A stretch of DNA of 64,000 bases from the human T2T-CHM13v2.0 reference genome, Homo sapiens: the NCBI GenBank assembly GCA_009914755.4, contig CP086569.2:6240001-6304000 (forward strand), given 5' to 3'. The notes under the pieces are model-generated. The model did not search any database. It was given only the letters and a program-made list of their open reading frames with translations, and was not told the DNA's origin. Positions 12,030-26,640 of the stretch are shown here, piece after piece (position 1 is the first letter of the stretch; each line of letters starts with the position of its first letter). Position numbers and translations under genes: made by a program.

Positions 12030-13740
12030 TTAATAAGAGACATTCTGACTGGTGTTTAAAAGTACCTTATTGTTGTTATGATTTGTATTTCTCTGATGAT
12101 TAGTGATGTTGACCATTCATTTATATGTGTGTTGACCACTTGTATGTCTTCTTTTGAGAAGTTTCTCTTTATGTCTTTTATCCATTTTTTAATGGGGTTA
12201 TTTATTCTTTGCCTGTTCAATTGTTTAAGTTACTTATAGACTTTGGATATTAGACCTTTGTCAGATGCATAGTTTGTAAATATTTTCTCCCATTCTGTAG
12301 GTTGTCTCTTTACTCTGTTTATAGTTTCTTTTGCTGTGCGTAAGCTCTTTAATTAGGTTCTACTTGTCCATTTTTTGGTTTTGTTGCATTTGCTTTTGAG
12401 GACTTAGTCATAAATTCTTTCCCAAGACTGATATCCAGAATGGTGTTTCCTAGGTTTTGCTTTAGGATTCTTATACTTTGAGGTATTACATTTAAATCTT
12501 TCATGCATCTTGAGTTTATTTTTGTATGTGGTGAATTGTAGGAGTCCAGTTTAATTCTTTTGCATATGCCTTGTAGCTATCCCAGCCCTATTTATTGAAC
12601 AAGGAGTCCTTTCCTCATTGATTATTTTTATTGACTGCTGAAGATGAGATAAATGTAGGTGTGAAGCTTTATTTATGGGTTATATATTATCTTCCATTGT
12701 TCTAGGTGTCTGCTTTGTACCAGAACCATGGTATTTTGGTTACTGTTGACTTATAGTATAGTTTGAAGTTGGGTGATGTGATGCCTCTGGATTTGATCTT
12801 TTTCCACATGAATGCTTTGGCTATCTGGGCTGTTTTTTGTTTCTCTGTGAATCTTAGAATAGTTTTTACGAATTCTGTGAAAAAAAAATTATGTTGGTAG
12901 TTTGATAGGAACAGTGTTGAATCTGTAGTTGCTTTGGACAGTATGGGCATTTTAATGGCATTAATTCTTCCAATCCAGGAACATAGAAGTCTTTTCCATT
13001 TGTTTATGTCACCTATGATTTCTTTTAGCAGTGTTTTTTTTTATTTGTGTGTGTTTGTGTTTGTGTGTGTGTGGAAATTTTTAACCTTATTAGTTAGATG
13101 TATTCCTAGGCATCAAATTTTGTATATTAACAGTATATTTTGTGACAATGTTATCATTGCTTATATCTTCTTAGGAGTTATTGTCAATTATTTGTGATTA
13201 GTAGACTGACTTTACTTTGTAAAAAATATTGTTAATTTATCTCTTCTTTTTCTTGGCTAGACTTGCTAGAGGTTAAAAGATTGTACTATCTTTTCAAAAA
13301 CCAGATTTGGTTTTTCCTTTTTTTCTGTATTATTTTTGCTTTTAATTTTGTTGATTATTGACTTTAAGTCATTTATTATTTTACTTTCTTTAGGCTATCT
13401 TTGTCACTTTATTATTATATGAGATGAACTTTGGTTACCGATTTCAGAGATTTGTTCTTTTCTAATTTCTGCATTTAATTCTATACATTTTCCACTCTTC
13501 ACTGCCTTTGCTGCCTTCCACAAATTTTTATAAGTTGTATTTTTCTTTGATTTAGTTGACAATATATTTTTTAATTTATCTTGAGTGTTTTTCTTTGATA
13601 CATTTGTTATTTAAAAGTTTAGTGCCTAATCTTGAAATATTTTAAAAGTTTTCAGCTATCTTTCTCCTATTGATTTAAATGTTAATTCCATTGTGGTCCA
13701 AGGACATACATTATATGATTTTTTTCTTTTAAATTTATTA
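12030..13740 (-). mobile_element. Ancient L1 (L1PB/L1MA-like) ORF2 fragment, antisense
   Basis: ...tttctctgatgattagtgatgttgaccattcatttatatgtgtgttgaccacttgtatgtcttcttttgagaag...ttctcccattctgtaggttgtc...tccattgtggtccaaggacatacattatatgatttttttcttttaaatttattaag is the reverse complement of L1 ORF2 (heavily diverged). Confidence 0.7.
13046..13073. repeat. (GT)n microsatellite
   Basis: tgtgtgtgtttgtgtttgtgtgtgtgtg. Confidence 0.9.
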
Positions 13741-14179
13741 AGATAACATGATATTAGAAAAAAAAAAGCTAGAAAGGAAACCCAAAATGTCCATCCCACC
13801 CAAAAAGCAGTGAATAAGCTAGCAAAAACAATCAGAATCAACTTTTTCAGAACCACCAAATGTAATAAAAACTTACAGAAACCAGGGGAGTGGTTATTGA
13901 AGAAAATAATAACAGCTGAGTCTTGGTAAAAGAGCTTTGTGGCATTTTTATTTACTTTGGTACCATCCTCTACTACTCATTTTGGTGATGACCTTGAAGA
14001 AAATAGACTGCATTCTTGGAAGAAATTTTTAGTACTGATTTTCTAGTAGTAGAGGGAAAAGTACTATCCCATTCTCAAAGAATTATTGTTGTTTGTTTTT
14101 ATCTAGCCAACTTGGAACTTTCTCAGAGCTGGATATACTACTTGGGTTGAAATTGGTCAACAACTGTTCAAGGTGAGAT

Positions 14180-16409
14180 TTGAGGCAGAGCAAGATGGCA
14201 GAATAGAAGGGTCCATTGATTGCCTCTCTTGCAAGGACACCAATTTAACAAATATATACACAAAATAAACGTTCATAAGAACCAAAAATCAAGTGAGCAC
14301 ACAGAGCACCTGTTTTTAACTTTGTATCACTGAAAGAGGCAGTGAAAAGGTAGGTAAAAAAATCTTGAATAGCGAAAACACCACCCATTCACTATCCCCT
14401 GGCAGTGGTGGCATGGTGTGGAAACATTTTAGTGCACTAGGGTGAGGGAGATCATGGCATTTGTGAGGCATTAAACTCAGTGCCGTCCTATTATAACAGA
14501 AAAAAAAAAAACCCACACCAAACTCAGCTGATGCCCACCAAGGGAGAGAGCATTTAAAACAGCCCTAACAAGAGGGGAATTACCAATACCAGAAGTGGGA
14601 ACTCGAGTTCCCACATCCCTCACCACTGCTTGCTAAAGTGCCTTGGGGAGTTAAATAAACTTGAAAAGCAGTGTAGGCCACAAGGACTGAAACACCTATG
14701 GTGAGTCCTAGTACTGAACTGGGCCCAGAGACAGTGGACTGGAGGGGCATGTTACCTACTGAGACACTAGTTGGGGAGGCTAAGGGAGTGTTAGCATCAC
14801 CCCTCCCAAAACCCTAGGCCGGGCTGGGTACGGTGGCTCACACCTGTAATCCCAGCACTTTGGGGGCCAAGGTGGGTGGATCGCCTGAGGTCAGGAGTTT
14901 GAGATCAGCCTAGCCAACATGGTGAAACCTCATCTCTACTAAAAATACAAAAATTAGCCGGGCATGGTGGTGGGAGCTTGTAATCCCAGCTACTCAGGAA
15001 GCTGAGGCAGGACAATCCCTTGAACTCAGGAGGAGGAGGTTGCAGTGAGCCAATATTGCACCATTCCATTCCAGCCTGGGCGACAAGAGCGAGACTTCAT
15101 TTCAAAAAAGAAAAAGAAAAAAAACCCTAGGCTGCAGAACTCATGGCACCAAAAGAGTCTCCTTCTCTCCACTTGAGGAGAGAAGAGGAAAGAGGCGGGA
15201 GGACTTTGTTTGTATTTTGGATACCAGCAAAGCCACAGCAGGATAGGGCATCATCAGAGTTGTGAGGCCCCCTTTCCACGTCCTAACTCACAGACAACAT
15301 TTCTAGACACACCATGGGCCAGAAGGGAACCTGCTGCCTTGAAGGGAAGGAACCAGTCCTGGCAGGATGTATCACCTGCTAACTGAAGAGCCCTTGAGCA
15401 TTGAATAACCAGCAGTGATACCCACATACTATATATAGAGGGCCGTGAGTGAGACTCTGAGACTCGCTTCTTCAGGTAAGACTCAGCACTTTCCCAGCTC
15501 CAGTAGCTATGGGAAGACACTCCACCCACTTAAGAACAGCAGATAGAAAAGTAAAGCAGACTTTGCCTTGCGACTTAAGTATCAACGTGCCCACAATGGG
15601 GAAGAGCACTAGGCAGGCTCTTGAAGTCCCAAATTTTAGGACTCGGCTCTTGGAATGCATTTTTGGAACTGTCCTAGGACACAGGGGATCCCACTGCCCT
15701 GGAGGATGAGTTCCAGGCCAGGCAACAGTCACCACAAGCTGACTTAAGAGACCTTGAGTCTTAGGGGAACATCAGTGATAGTCTGGCAATTATCCCCATA
15801 GGTCTATGGTGGTGGTGGTGGTGCTGGCCATGAGATGAAGATCTTCTGCCTTTGGAAAGGGAACAGAAAAGTGGGAAGGACTGCATCTAGTGTTTTGAGT
15901 ACCAGCTCAGCTGCAGTACAATAGAACACCAGGTAGACTTCTAAGGATCTTGCCTCTAGTCCCTGGCTCCCAGATGGCAACTCTGGACAGACCTGGGGTC
16001 TAAGGGAAGCTGCCACCCTGAAGTGAGGACACAGATCTGGCTGGATTTGCCATATGCTGTTTTTAGACCCCTGGTGCCTTGAGCAAACATAGGCAGTAGC
16101 CAGTGAGCGATTACAGCAGGCCTTGGATAAGATCCCATGCTATGCTTTCTTCAGATCTGACTCAACACAGTCTCACTGGTGGTGACTACTGAGGTGCTTG
16201 TGTCACACCACCTGCAGCTCCAGGTGTCTCAAAAGAGAGAGAGAGAGACTCTGTTTGTTTGGGAAAAAGTAAGGGAAGAGAACAGGAGTCTCAGCCTGGT
16301 AATCTAGATAATTCTTCCAGATCTTATCCAAAACTATCAAGATGGAAACTCTACGAGTCTGTAAGAACCACAGAGTTACTGCAATTAGGATGCCTCCTAA
16401 AGAAGAAAC

Positions 16410-16410
<1 letters not shown>
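14180..16410 (+). mobile_element. Ancient L1 5'UTR-like region (starts ggcagagcaagatggcagaatagaagg), interrupted by an Alu
   Basis: An L1-type 5' terminus motif 'caagatggc(a/g)gaatag', followed by sequence resembling older primate L1 5'UTRs (...cataagaaccaaaaatcaagtgagcacacagagcacctgtttttaactttgtatcactgaaagaggcagtgaa...). There is no ORF1, so it appears internally deleted. Confidence 0.4.
14817..15124 (+). mobile_element. Alu SINE, full length
   Basis: ggccgggctgggtacggtggctcacacctgtaatcccagcactttggggg... with an A-rich tail. Flanking direct repeat aaaccctag (14808-14816 and ~15122-15130). Confidence 0.9.
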
Positions 16411-17000
<590 letters not shown>

Positions 17001-17059
17001 AGACTGTAACAATACTAACCTGATAGTAATCACTCTCCTGAATTTTAAAACAAAGTTTG

Positions 17060-17820
17060 GTGTTTACTGCTTTTGAACCTTATATACATGGAATCATATT
17101 TTATTTGCTCTTTTGTTTTCTAGGGTTTTTTTTTGGTTTCACAAGCATTCTTACTCATTGTTATGCTTGCCAGATTTATCTGTGCAGCTCTGTATAGCTG
17201 TAGATGATTAATTCTTGTTACCTTGTGTGTATATTCCATTGTGAATATACTATAATTTATATATCCAAACTGCTATTGATGAGTATTTGGGTGGTTTTCC
17301 ATTTGTGTTTATTATAAATAATACTACAATGAACATCATTGTATATGTTTTTTCATGAATATATATGTGCATTTTTATTGTAGGAATGGTTAGTTCTTAG
17401 GATGTACACATGTTAAGCTTTAGTAGATAATACAAAGTAGTTTAACAAAATGATTATAGCAGTTAATTCCTCCATTAGTGCTGTGTGAAAATTCCAATTG
17501 TTCCACTTACTCTTCAATGCTTCATCTTCGCTGCCTTTTTTTTTTTTTTTTTAGCCTTCTTTTTGGGATTATAATAGTATTGTATGGTAGATTTAATTTG
17601 AGTTTTCCTGATGACCAATAAAGTTAAACACCCTTTCAATATGTTTACTGGTGATGCAAATATCCTCTTTAGCTTATTTTTCTATTAAATTATCTGTTTT
17701 TTGCTTATTGATTTGTAATAGTTCTTTATATTATCCAGATATTAGTCATTTGCAATATGTGTGTTGCAAATATCTTCTCTCATTTTGTGTTTTGCTTTTT
17801 TATTTCCTTAAGGTATATTT
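17060..17820 (-). mobile_element. Ancient L1 (L1M-like) 3'-end fragment, antisense
   Basis: ...atacatggaatcatattttatttgc...tattccattgtgaatatactataatttatatatccaaactgctattgatgagtatttgggtggttttcc...tttgcaatatgtgtgttgcaaatatcttctctcattttgtg matches the antisense L1 3'UTR/ORF2 end. Confidence 0.5.
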
Positions 17821-20349
17821 AAGTAAAAAAAAAAAAAAACATTCAAATGTAGCTACATTTATTTAGTTTCAAGTAAGATACAGTATATGGTGAAAGGCCC
17901 AAATTCCTATTGGAACAATTGCATACATCAAATAAGGTACAAATGTCATATTTTAAAAGGCATTGAAGCAATGGGTATGATAAACAAAAAATTCAAGAGA
18001 GAGGGAAAATAATTATTCTGAGGTGAGCTGATAATTGACTCCCATATCTCCCATCCTCCATCCTCCCTCTGACAGGCATTTGCTATTTCCCATTGCAAGT
18101 TGTAGATCAGGCTTGGTCCAGGATTTTTTTTTTTTTATAATTTTATAGTAAGACAAACTCTTACTCACTTAAACAAGGAACTATGTCTAAGGGTTAAATA
18201 TCAGTATAAAAATATTTGCTGTTTTTATCTTTTCTCCAAATAAATGTGAAAGTGTAATATACTAATATACCTTGACTATAACAGCAAAATACTTTATTTG
18301 AGCAAGTAATAGTGTGCCATGGTAGTGTAAGTAGGCTTTTAATAAGTTACTCTATAACATGATTATGGGAATTAGGTTACATTAATACATTTACACAATA
18401 AACTACATTTTACAGTAGTTTGAATTTGAAATCTGTAAATCTGCAACCAATATCGTCAACGTGGTCTTAGGTTCATTGTGCCTTTCTTATTATATGAAAA
18501 TGTTTAATAGCACTTCAGTCTCTGAAAATTAGAGTAGACAATTGAAATTTAAGTAAATAATCCATAAAAGTACACTAAACCATAAGTTTCTACAGACACA
18601 AAATTACGGCAGAAGGTCCTATACATAAGACAGAATCTCCTACATTGGAATTGACTTTTATTTCTATTTAACAATAAAAATAAAATCATAGCTTTAAGTC
18701 TAATTAGAATTATAAACTTTTTTGCTTTCTAATTGCATTTGGAATTTACTAAGCAGTTTCTTAGTAGGGAGATTTTAAGTGAATTAAGTCATAAATTTCA
18801 AAGGTATAATGAATTTCATAAATATAAATGCAAAATGAAAATGAAGCACCATTATAGGTATTTTTAAAAATAAGAAAACTTTTTTTAATAGAATAACTTT
18901 GTCATTCTAAATAATAACTTTTAATATAACTTGATTGTGAGTCATTTGTATAAGTGCCATGTATAAACAAACACACATATTGTCATTAAAAAGCACTCTA
19001 ACAATGGTACTACTGCAAATGGTAATTTCAGGAACTGGAAAACTTGTCACGACAATCAACAATTTCAACTTCTTTGTTAATTTTGATTTAATGCCATAAA
19101 AATTAGCAGAGAGTTTATAGCCCTTTTGTTATTTTTGAATAGTTACTAGCAGTTAGCAGCAAATATCTTCTTTTTTCCCACCTGCCTCACAAATTGAATA
19201 TTTCACAGAACTGAACACTCTCATGAAGATTATACAAAAGTTTTTGGAGGATTGAAATTGTGTGGGACTCTTTTGAGAGTGATCAAGAGATGACATGAAA
19301 AAGTTGCATGTCTGTTCTTACTCACAGCAGTTACCATAAAAGATGGCATGAAAACTCTCCAGAGAAACAAAACCTTTTCATCCAGCTCAATGGCTTAAAA
19401 AATGTCAGGGAGTTTTCTATCTATTTCCATCCAAGTAATTCAACATAGCATATTTTAAGCATGAAAGACTAAAACAAATGGGTGAAAGTGATGTTTTCTT
19501 TGCATCTGTCTTAAAATTCAATGGATTTTAAGAATCATAAAACTGCTTTATTTTCAGACACCATTTATTCCTTCCCTGCCATGGGGGGATACTGCTATGG
19601 AACAGTGTGTACTGCTGGAAACTTTTTGATTGACAGTTAGAATCTGGTGACTTTTTAAACTCTTCAAAAGTTAAAGCAAAGCATGCGTTAAATTTTGCTT
19701 GCAAAAAGGTCAATCCCAGAGATATTTTTAAAAAATCCACAGACGTTCTTATTTAATAATTCATAATAAGCCTTTTTTTACCTTTTCCATGAATTACATT
19801 TTTAAATTTAATTTATATTTTAAATTAAATTTTAATTTAAATTTTAAATTGACATTGAAATTTACATTTAAAAATTTTAAGTGCATGAGCACTTGCCTTG
19901 GCCAAAGTTTTATAAATTTGTTTTTCAATAATCATAATCAGTCATTTTCTCTATCATTTCTCTTTTTGTATCACTCATTTTCCCTAAAGTTTCAAGTAAT
20001 ATTTAGTTTTCTTACATCTGTAAAGAAGAACTAAAAAGGAAAAAAAATGCTGATTTGTTGGAAATGAAGTACTTCCAAGATATCAGTTATATGCTGCTAT
20101 CTTATAAGAAAAGATATGTTTTATTTAACAAAGGTGCAATAGAAAATATTCATTCCCAGGTACTTCTGGCCAGCCATGCACATGGACAAAATGGGTTTTA
20201 CTAGCAAGAGGCAGCCATCTGTCAAAATGTAGGTGTTTGATGTTGGAAGTCAGGCTAGGGAAACAGAACACTGATAGTTTCTGCTACAATAGACTTTTGA
20301 AATTGGAATAACTGCTAAAGTGTCCGTAGATCCACCAAGTGGGAGTTAT

Positions 20350-20480
20350 CAGGAATGTAGCCTGAAATAGTTTCCCCATTGGTAAGAAAGGAGAGGGAAA
20401 CTACTTTTCAGGGTTGTTGTGAGGATTTAATGAAATGGCATGCCAGAAGTTCCTGGAACAAGGCAGTCAATAAAATTTAG
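20350..20480 (+). mobile_element. MIR SINE fragment
   Basis: ...cagggttgttgtgaggatttaatgaaatggcatgccagaagttcctggaacaaggcagtcaataaaatttag resembles the MIR core and 3' region. Confidence 0.45.
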
Positions 20481-21499
20481 ATTTCCAACCCTTTTAAGTT
20501 CTAACATTAAACATTCTTCTTTTCACTTATCAAGTAGATACTAATATTTTATTTTTGCAACTCAGTTAATGAATGCTAGTGGTACGGTTACGGTAAAGAT
20601 ATAATTCAAGAAATTTGCTGAATAATCGCAACATTTTGTAGCTAAATAAAACAGATGTGGAGAATTATTTTTCCAATGTTGACTAAATAATATAAAGAAA
20701 AATAAGTGAATTAATATATAAAAATTAAATCTAAATTAAAATTAGTGTTTTATTTTATGCTAAAACATGAATTTTACAGAATATAATAATGCATCTCAGG
20801 TCTCCTGGAACTGTACACTATTTAAGAGCAATGAAGATATTTTGGAAGAGCCTAGGAAATTAATGTCAGTTCTCTCAGGGTACGGCATCCTATTCTGTTG
20901 TTTAGAAGAATACTAGAATTAAATAGAAGCATCATTATGTCACATCAAATACAATGTCAACGTAAGTGAAATCCCCCTTTTCATCCATACTTCTAATGGT
21001 GTAAGAGGATTCTGATGAAGATAGAAACTAATGCAATACAACTGGTGGTACATATAAACATAATTTGTTAGGTGTGCTAGGCATGGTAAACCTAACAAAT
21101 TTAAGCTACAATGTCTGAAGAAACAGTTTCCAAAGATTAAAAAAAAATAAATGTAACATTATTAGAAATTACTAACTAGAAAGAGATATCTTTCAAGCTT
21201 TCAATCTGTATATTTTTAGGGCCGCTTAACCTTCTCTTACATGTCCCACATGCATTTTAAATTCAAGATGTTAAAACTAAATTTTTTTATACCCCAACAC
21301 TCCATCTCAGTGAAAGACACCAGTCTACATCTATGTGCTAAAACCAGAAACCTGGAAGTCATTCTTAAATTCTCCTTCCCCATCATCATCTCTCTCAACC
21401 AATCAATTACCAATTTATTTTAAACAAACCTCCTGAATACCCTGAAGAACCTTTAACTTTTCTACATTTTCAGAAACATCATCCTATCAGCCACTAACA

Positions 21500-21660
21500 A
21501 TCCTCAACTGGGCTATTGTAATGACCTCGCAACTAGTCTTTTTGTTTGTGTCGCTCCCTATAATTCATCCTCTAAAGCTTAGTTTGACACTGTATTCTGA
21601 GCACCTAGTGTCTGGCATATAGTAGTTTATCAATTGATATTTACTGATATTTGTTCAAAT
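21500..21660 (+). mobile_element. MIR SINE 3' fragment
   Basis: ...gagcacctagtgtctggcatatagtagtttatcaattgatatttactg resembles the MIR 3' end (cagtgcctggcacatagtaagcgctcaataaat). Confidence 0.45.
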
Positions 21661-22179
21661 AATAAAAGAAGAAAACAAGAAAAAAATGAAATTTTGACAA
21701 ATTAAAAGGCAAATATGATTATTACTACATCTACTAAAAACTCCTCCATGACTTTTGATTACTCTCATGATTAAATCTAAATTCTATAACAAGTTCTATA
21801 GGCTTCTTAATAATCTTTGCATCATTTATCTGTTCAGTCTCTTCACTTGTCACTGTCCCCACCAATGACCCTCTGTATTCTGTATTCTTCACATTTAACA
21901 TCTTTCAGTTCTCTAACCGTGGCATTTTCTCTATTGTCTCTAAAACTCCACAGGCTGATTCTTCTCTCTGGAATACCATCCCCTCTCTGGTTCATGTAGA
22001 CAACTCCTGCTTACTCTTAAAACCACTCCTCTGCTCATTTATTTTAGTATAACTCACCTGCATGCCCCCAAGTCTTAGTTGAGAACCCCATTTCTATGGT
22101 CTCAAACACCTGCTATTCCCTGCATCTTAGCAGTTAGCATATAATATCCACCTGGATGTTTACATTTCTTCCTTATTTG

Positions 22180-22310
22180 CTAAATTTCCAAGAGCAGAGA
22201 CCATGTCTATTTTGTTTTTGGCTACATTCCCAAACCAAGGCACAGTGACTTACACCTAGCAGGTGCTCAGTAAGTATTTGTTCAATACGTGGATGAATGA
22301 GTGAATGAAA
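22180..22310 (+). mobile_element. MIR-like SINE 3' fragment
   Basis: ...acctagcaggtgctcagtaagtatttgttcaatacgtggatgaatgagtgaatgaa. Confidence 0.4.
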
Positions 22311-25300
22311 TTATATCATGTCTAGAGATCTTTCTAGTCCATTTTAAAGCTGACATTTCCAAGATAGTTGGTGTGGTAGATGTCATAACACATGACCTCA
22401 CCTCCTCTCATAAATAAAGGACTTATTCTGCAGCTGCTGGGACTGCTGCCAGTAGAAAATCCTCAGTAGTCATCCCCTTTGAGGATGCCTCGGCTAAAGA
22501 AGAGTGCCGGGAACAAGGTTATGCCCACTTCCCAAGATGATATGCAGCCAAATACTGATCCTTATAGGAGCATAAAGGCCTGCTTCTTGCCCTAATTCAG
22601 GGCAGCTCTGAAGGGTCACCCCATTTGCAGAACTCCATAGAGACTAAATTCAGTCATTCCAATCAGAATGCATTGCAGCTTTACCACTCCCTATTCTTTA
22701 TTTAACTCTCTTCACTTTCCTACCACAGGAATTGAATTGAATCTAAGAGCATTCTATAACAGAGTACTTCTAACCTCTGTCTCAGAGTCCATGTTCTAAG
22801 GAACCCAACCTGTGAAAGTTAGAGAATGGAGAAATTTAGTGTTTGTTAAAATTTCAATAAATTATTCTGATTATTTTTGTATTGATTATCTGCATTTGTC
22901 CCTGCCCCCAACCCCATTCCTATATCCATTATTTACCCCTCTCTGTTCTGGTCTTGACCCAGGAGACTGACCTTGGTGGAATTCAGGGTATGATACCTCA
23001 AAATATGGCACCTTGGCATTTGAGTCCTAAGACCCTCATTTAAGAGATTCTCTCTATCTGTCTGAAGGAAAGAAACATTCTTATCTCAGAAAACACAGGA
23101 ACATAAAGAAAAATGTGAACAAACAATCCTTGATAACTTCCCCCAAGCTAATTATCATTAGATTATAGCATTTAGTCTTCTAATTATATTTCTCCATGAC
23201 GATGCACTCTTCATCACTCTTCAAAAGGTTTACCTGTTTCTTTGGGTTTTTATGTCTAAGGATTCCTGTGTCACGTAAAACTTATATCAAATATATTTAT
23301 AGGTTTTTCTCATGTTAGTTTGCCCTTTGGTAAAGAAGCCTCAGACACAACCTAACATGAGAAGAAATGACATATTTCTTTCCTACAACATCCATGTCAG
23401 AATATGCTTCCTGCGCTACCTTGCTGGTCTTGTTCCCAGCTGTGTTAAGCCAGGGGAAGGCAGAAGCAAGAGATAGGATAATGAGAAAAAAGAGGCCGTG
23501 AGGGTCTTTTTTTATGTTTTCTGACATCAATTCTGACACAAAATATATGATTTTATTCTGACAACAAATAAATGTATTTTTCCACACCATTTCTGCAATT
23601 CTCCAATACCAACAAAGTGTTTGAAAATTCAATTCAATTCTCTCACTAACTTCTGTTAGTGGCAGTACCCTATGGGGCAGTAACCCCATAGGTTAAGCAC
23701 AGAGCTCTGTAGGAGCACAGAGCTCCTAAAACCAGAAACAAAGACCAAATACATTTTTTATTACACCACAGTATTTTTTTTAACCTGCTCCATTCTTGCC
23801 TCCATATTACATTTTTTAACAGGAGATGCTATTCTTTGAATTGCTCATTGCTTTACAGTTGTTCACTACAATCTGACTCCTGTTGGGCTTTGATACTACT
23901 ATACTATTCTCTCCTTTTTCCCCTTCTGGTTTAAGGAAAATAGTGTCTTCCTGCTGTTGCTTATCTTAGTAACTCAGCATTCCTAGTTGGTTCTATCTTG
24001 CCAACAGTTGATAGGGGTGTGGGAGGAGATAGTATTTCCACTCCCTTCCCTCTTCTTTACCAGTTGTCAAGTGAAACGTAAGGTGAATTCCATAGTTGTT
24101 CAGAATGCTGTGAGGGAGTCCCATCCTACATTTGGTTAGATTTAAGAAAATCTCTTTCCACTATACCATTTTACAAGAGGAATAACCTGTTTTGAGTTCA
24201 CTTGTATTTTCCTGACTGCCTTGCAATTTGTTTCTCATTAAACTCAGATGTGCCTTTCTTTGCCCTCACGCATTGAGATTTGGCCTTTTCCACTTTTGAA
24301 CTGAGCCCAGAGACCAGAACATTTTTAATTATCAATTAAAAAGTGATGAGGAATCACTAACCAACTCGTTTGTAATGACTGCTTGTCAGGTTACTGTTAC
24401 TGTCCTCTTGACTATGAAAACTGTAGCATACAATAGCAGTACATTTGTTCAACTGTCCGAGTAATCTGCAAAAAGATTATGGCTCTCTAGATTACTTTTT
24501 TAAAGAAAGAGATTAAAAGCTTTACCTCATCATTTAATTTAAAATTAGGTTAAAGTTCTTTTTAATTTATGGGAAGGGGTCATTGACAAAGAGTTCAAAT
24601 AACAATTTTTATAAACATGTTTGATGAGGGCTACATATTGAAGAGTAGTTGCAAATAAATTATTACACAAGAGTAATTGAGCTCACCGTGTCCCTGAAAT
24701 TGACAGACCACATGCATAGTAATTTTCTCTGTTTAGAGAAACTATATAATTAGCCTTAACAAGTAAAGGGAAGAAAGGGATTAACTTTTTGCAAGATGAT
24801 TCTATTAAAGCAGTGCTGTGGGATTTGAAATTTGAACATAGAGCTATTCATTGAAATTCTAAAATAGTTGACATGAGGGAAAATATATTGAAAGATATTT
24901 GGAATTTCTAATTGTACCTGCCCCGATCTCTGGCCAAAGGGCAGCCTTATGGGTCAAAATGGTCTAGAGTTTGTCCCTTGTTATTTGTTACCAGTAAAAG
25001 AATGGTTTAGAATAGGCTTAATGGAGGAATCAGTTAAAGAGTTTTTCTTCTACTAACTCTTGACACAATGAACCCACCATATCAGTCATCACGTAAATGT
25101 CCATAAACCTTGAAAAAGGATCTGATAGTTTGACTCTGTTGACATCTTAGACTCTTTTTGCTGCATTCTTTTCTTCCACATTTCTTTTCTTTTTCCCTTC
25201 CTCCTTTCTTCCTTCCTTTCTTCTGTTCATCATTTCTTCTTAGCTTATTTATACTAGTAATATGAAAATACTTTTTTTATGTAATCGGTATTACATAACA

Positions 25301-25989
25301 ATATATAACTATATCTAATGTATATATATTATATATAGAGAGACAGCACAAAACTTTATTTGCAATTCTCTTTTAGTTGTTTTCCTATTGTGATGATAGG
25401 TAACATTATAATTTCCACAACACTGCTGCTGCTGCATGTGATTATTTCTGCTTTCTCAAAATGATGGAAACAAAATTTAAGTGAAATTACAAGCTTCTGA
25501 AAGTTGCACAGACATTGACCAGCCATAACTGCTTCAGAAGGAATATAACAGGGAAAATTGTCAATTACCAGACATTTTTTGAAAAGGCTTTTTTTTTTTC
25601 CCAAAGCCATCACAAGAGCTCCTATGTTGTCAGAGCAATATCACTTTTTTTATCTCATGGCATCACTTAGGGCTGGTTTGTTTGTTTCAACAGCTTTATT
25701 AAGTTATAATTGATTTCCAAAAACCTCATATATTTAATTTATATAATTTGATGAGTTTGAACATGGACATACACTCCTTAAACCATCACAACAATGAAGG
25801 TAATAAAAGTCTTCATCACCTCCCCAAGTTTTCTCATATTTCTTGTTTGTGTGTACATATGTGTGCACGTGCACACATGTGTGGGAAGAACACAACATGA
25901 GAACTACCCTCTTAAGAACTGCTTTAAGTGTAAAATATAGTATCGTTTACTGTATGCACTATGTTTTGGAGCAGATCTATAGAAGTTAT

Positions 25990-26640
25990 TTAACTTGCAT
26001 AACAAACATTATTGCCATTAAATAACAACTCCCTATCTTTCTTCTCCCCAGCCTCTGGCAACCACCATTCTACTCTCTGCTTCTATGAGTTTATTTTCGA
26101 TTTCAAATATAAGTGAAAAAAGAACCATGCAGTGTTTATCCTTCTGTGTGGATGACTTGTTTTACTTAGCATTATGCCCTCCAGGGTCACCCATGTTGTC
26201 ATATATGGCAGAATTTCTTTTTTAATGCTGAATAATATTCCAATGTACATATATATTATGTTTTATTTTTCCATTCATCTGATGATAGACATTTAGGTTG
26301 TTTCTATATCTCAGCTATTGTAAATAATGCTGCAATTAACCTGGAAGTGAAGATATAACTTTAAGATACTGATTTCAGTAATTTTGGATAAGTATCCAGA
26401 ACTGGGATTGCTGTATCATATGGTTGTTTCATTATATTTGCTTTTTATGAAATTTCATATGATTTTTCATATCAAAAACACCATTTTATATTCCCACCAA
26501 CAATGTGCAAGTGTTCCCACTTCTCTACAACTTCAACAACACTTGATATATTTTGGTATTTTTTTGAAAATACCATTGTAAGAGATGTGAGATGGTATTT
26601 GATTGTGATTTTGATTTGCATTTCTCTGATAATTAGTGAC
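25990..26640 (-). mobile_element. Ancient L1 3'UTR, antisense. This is the 3' end of the long split L1 continuing at 27330-28304 and 34079-36400.
   Basis: ...ccccagcctctggcaaccaccattctactctctgcttctatgagtttattttcgatttcaaatataagtgaaaaaagaaccatgcagtgtttatcc...ttcccaccaacaatgtgcaagtgttcccacttctctacaacttcaacaacac...gatttgcatttctctgataattagtgacgt. Confidence 0.75.
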
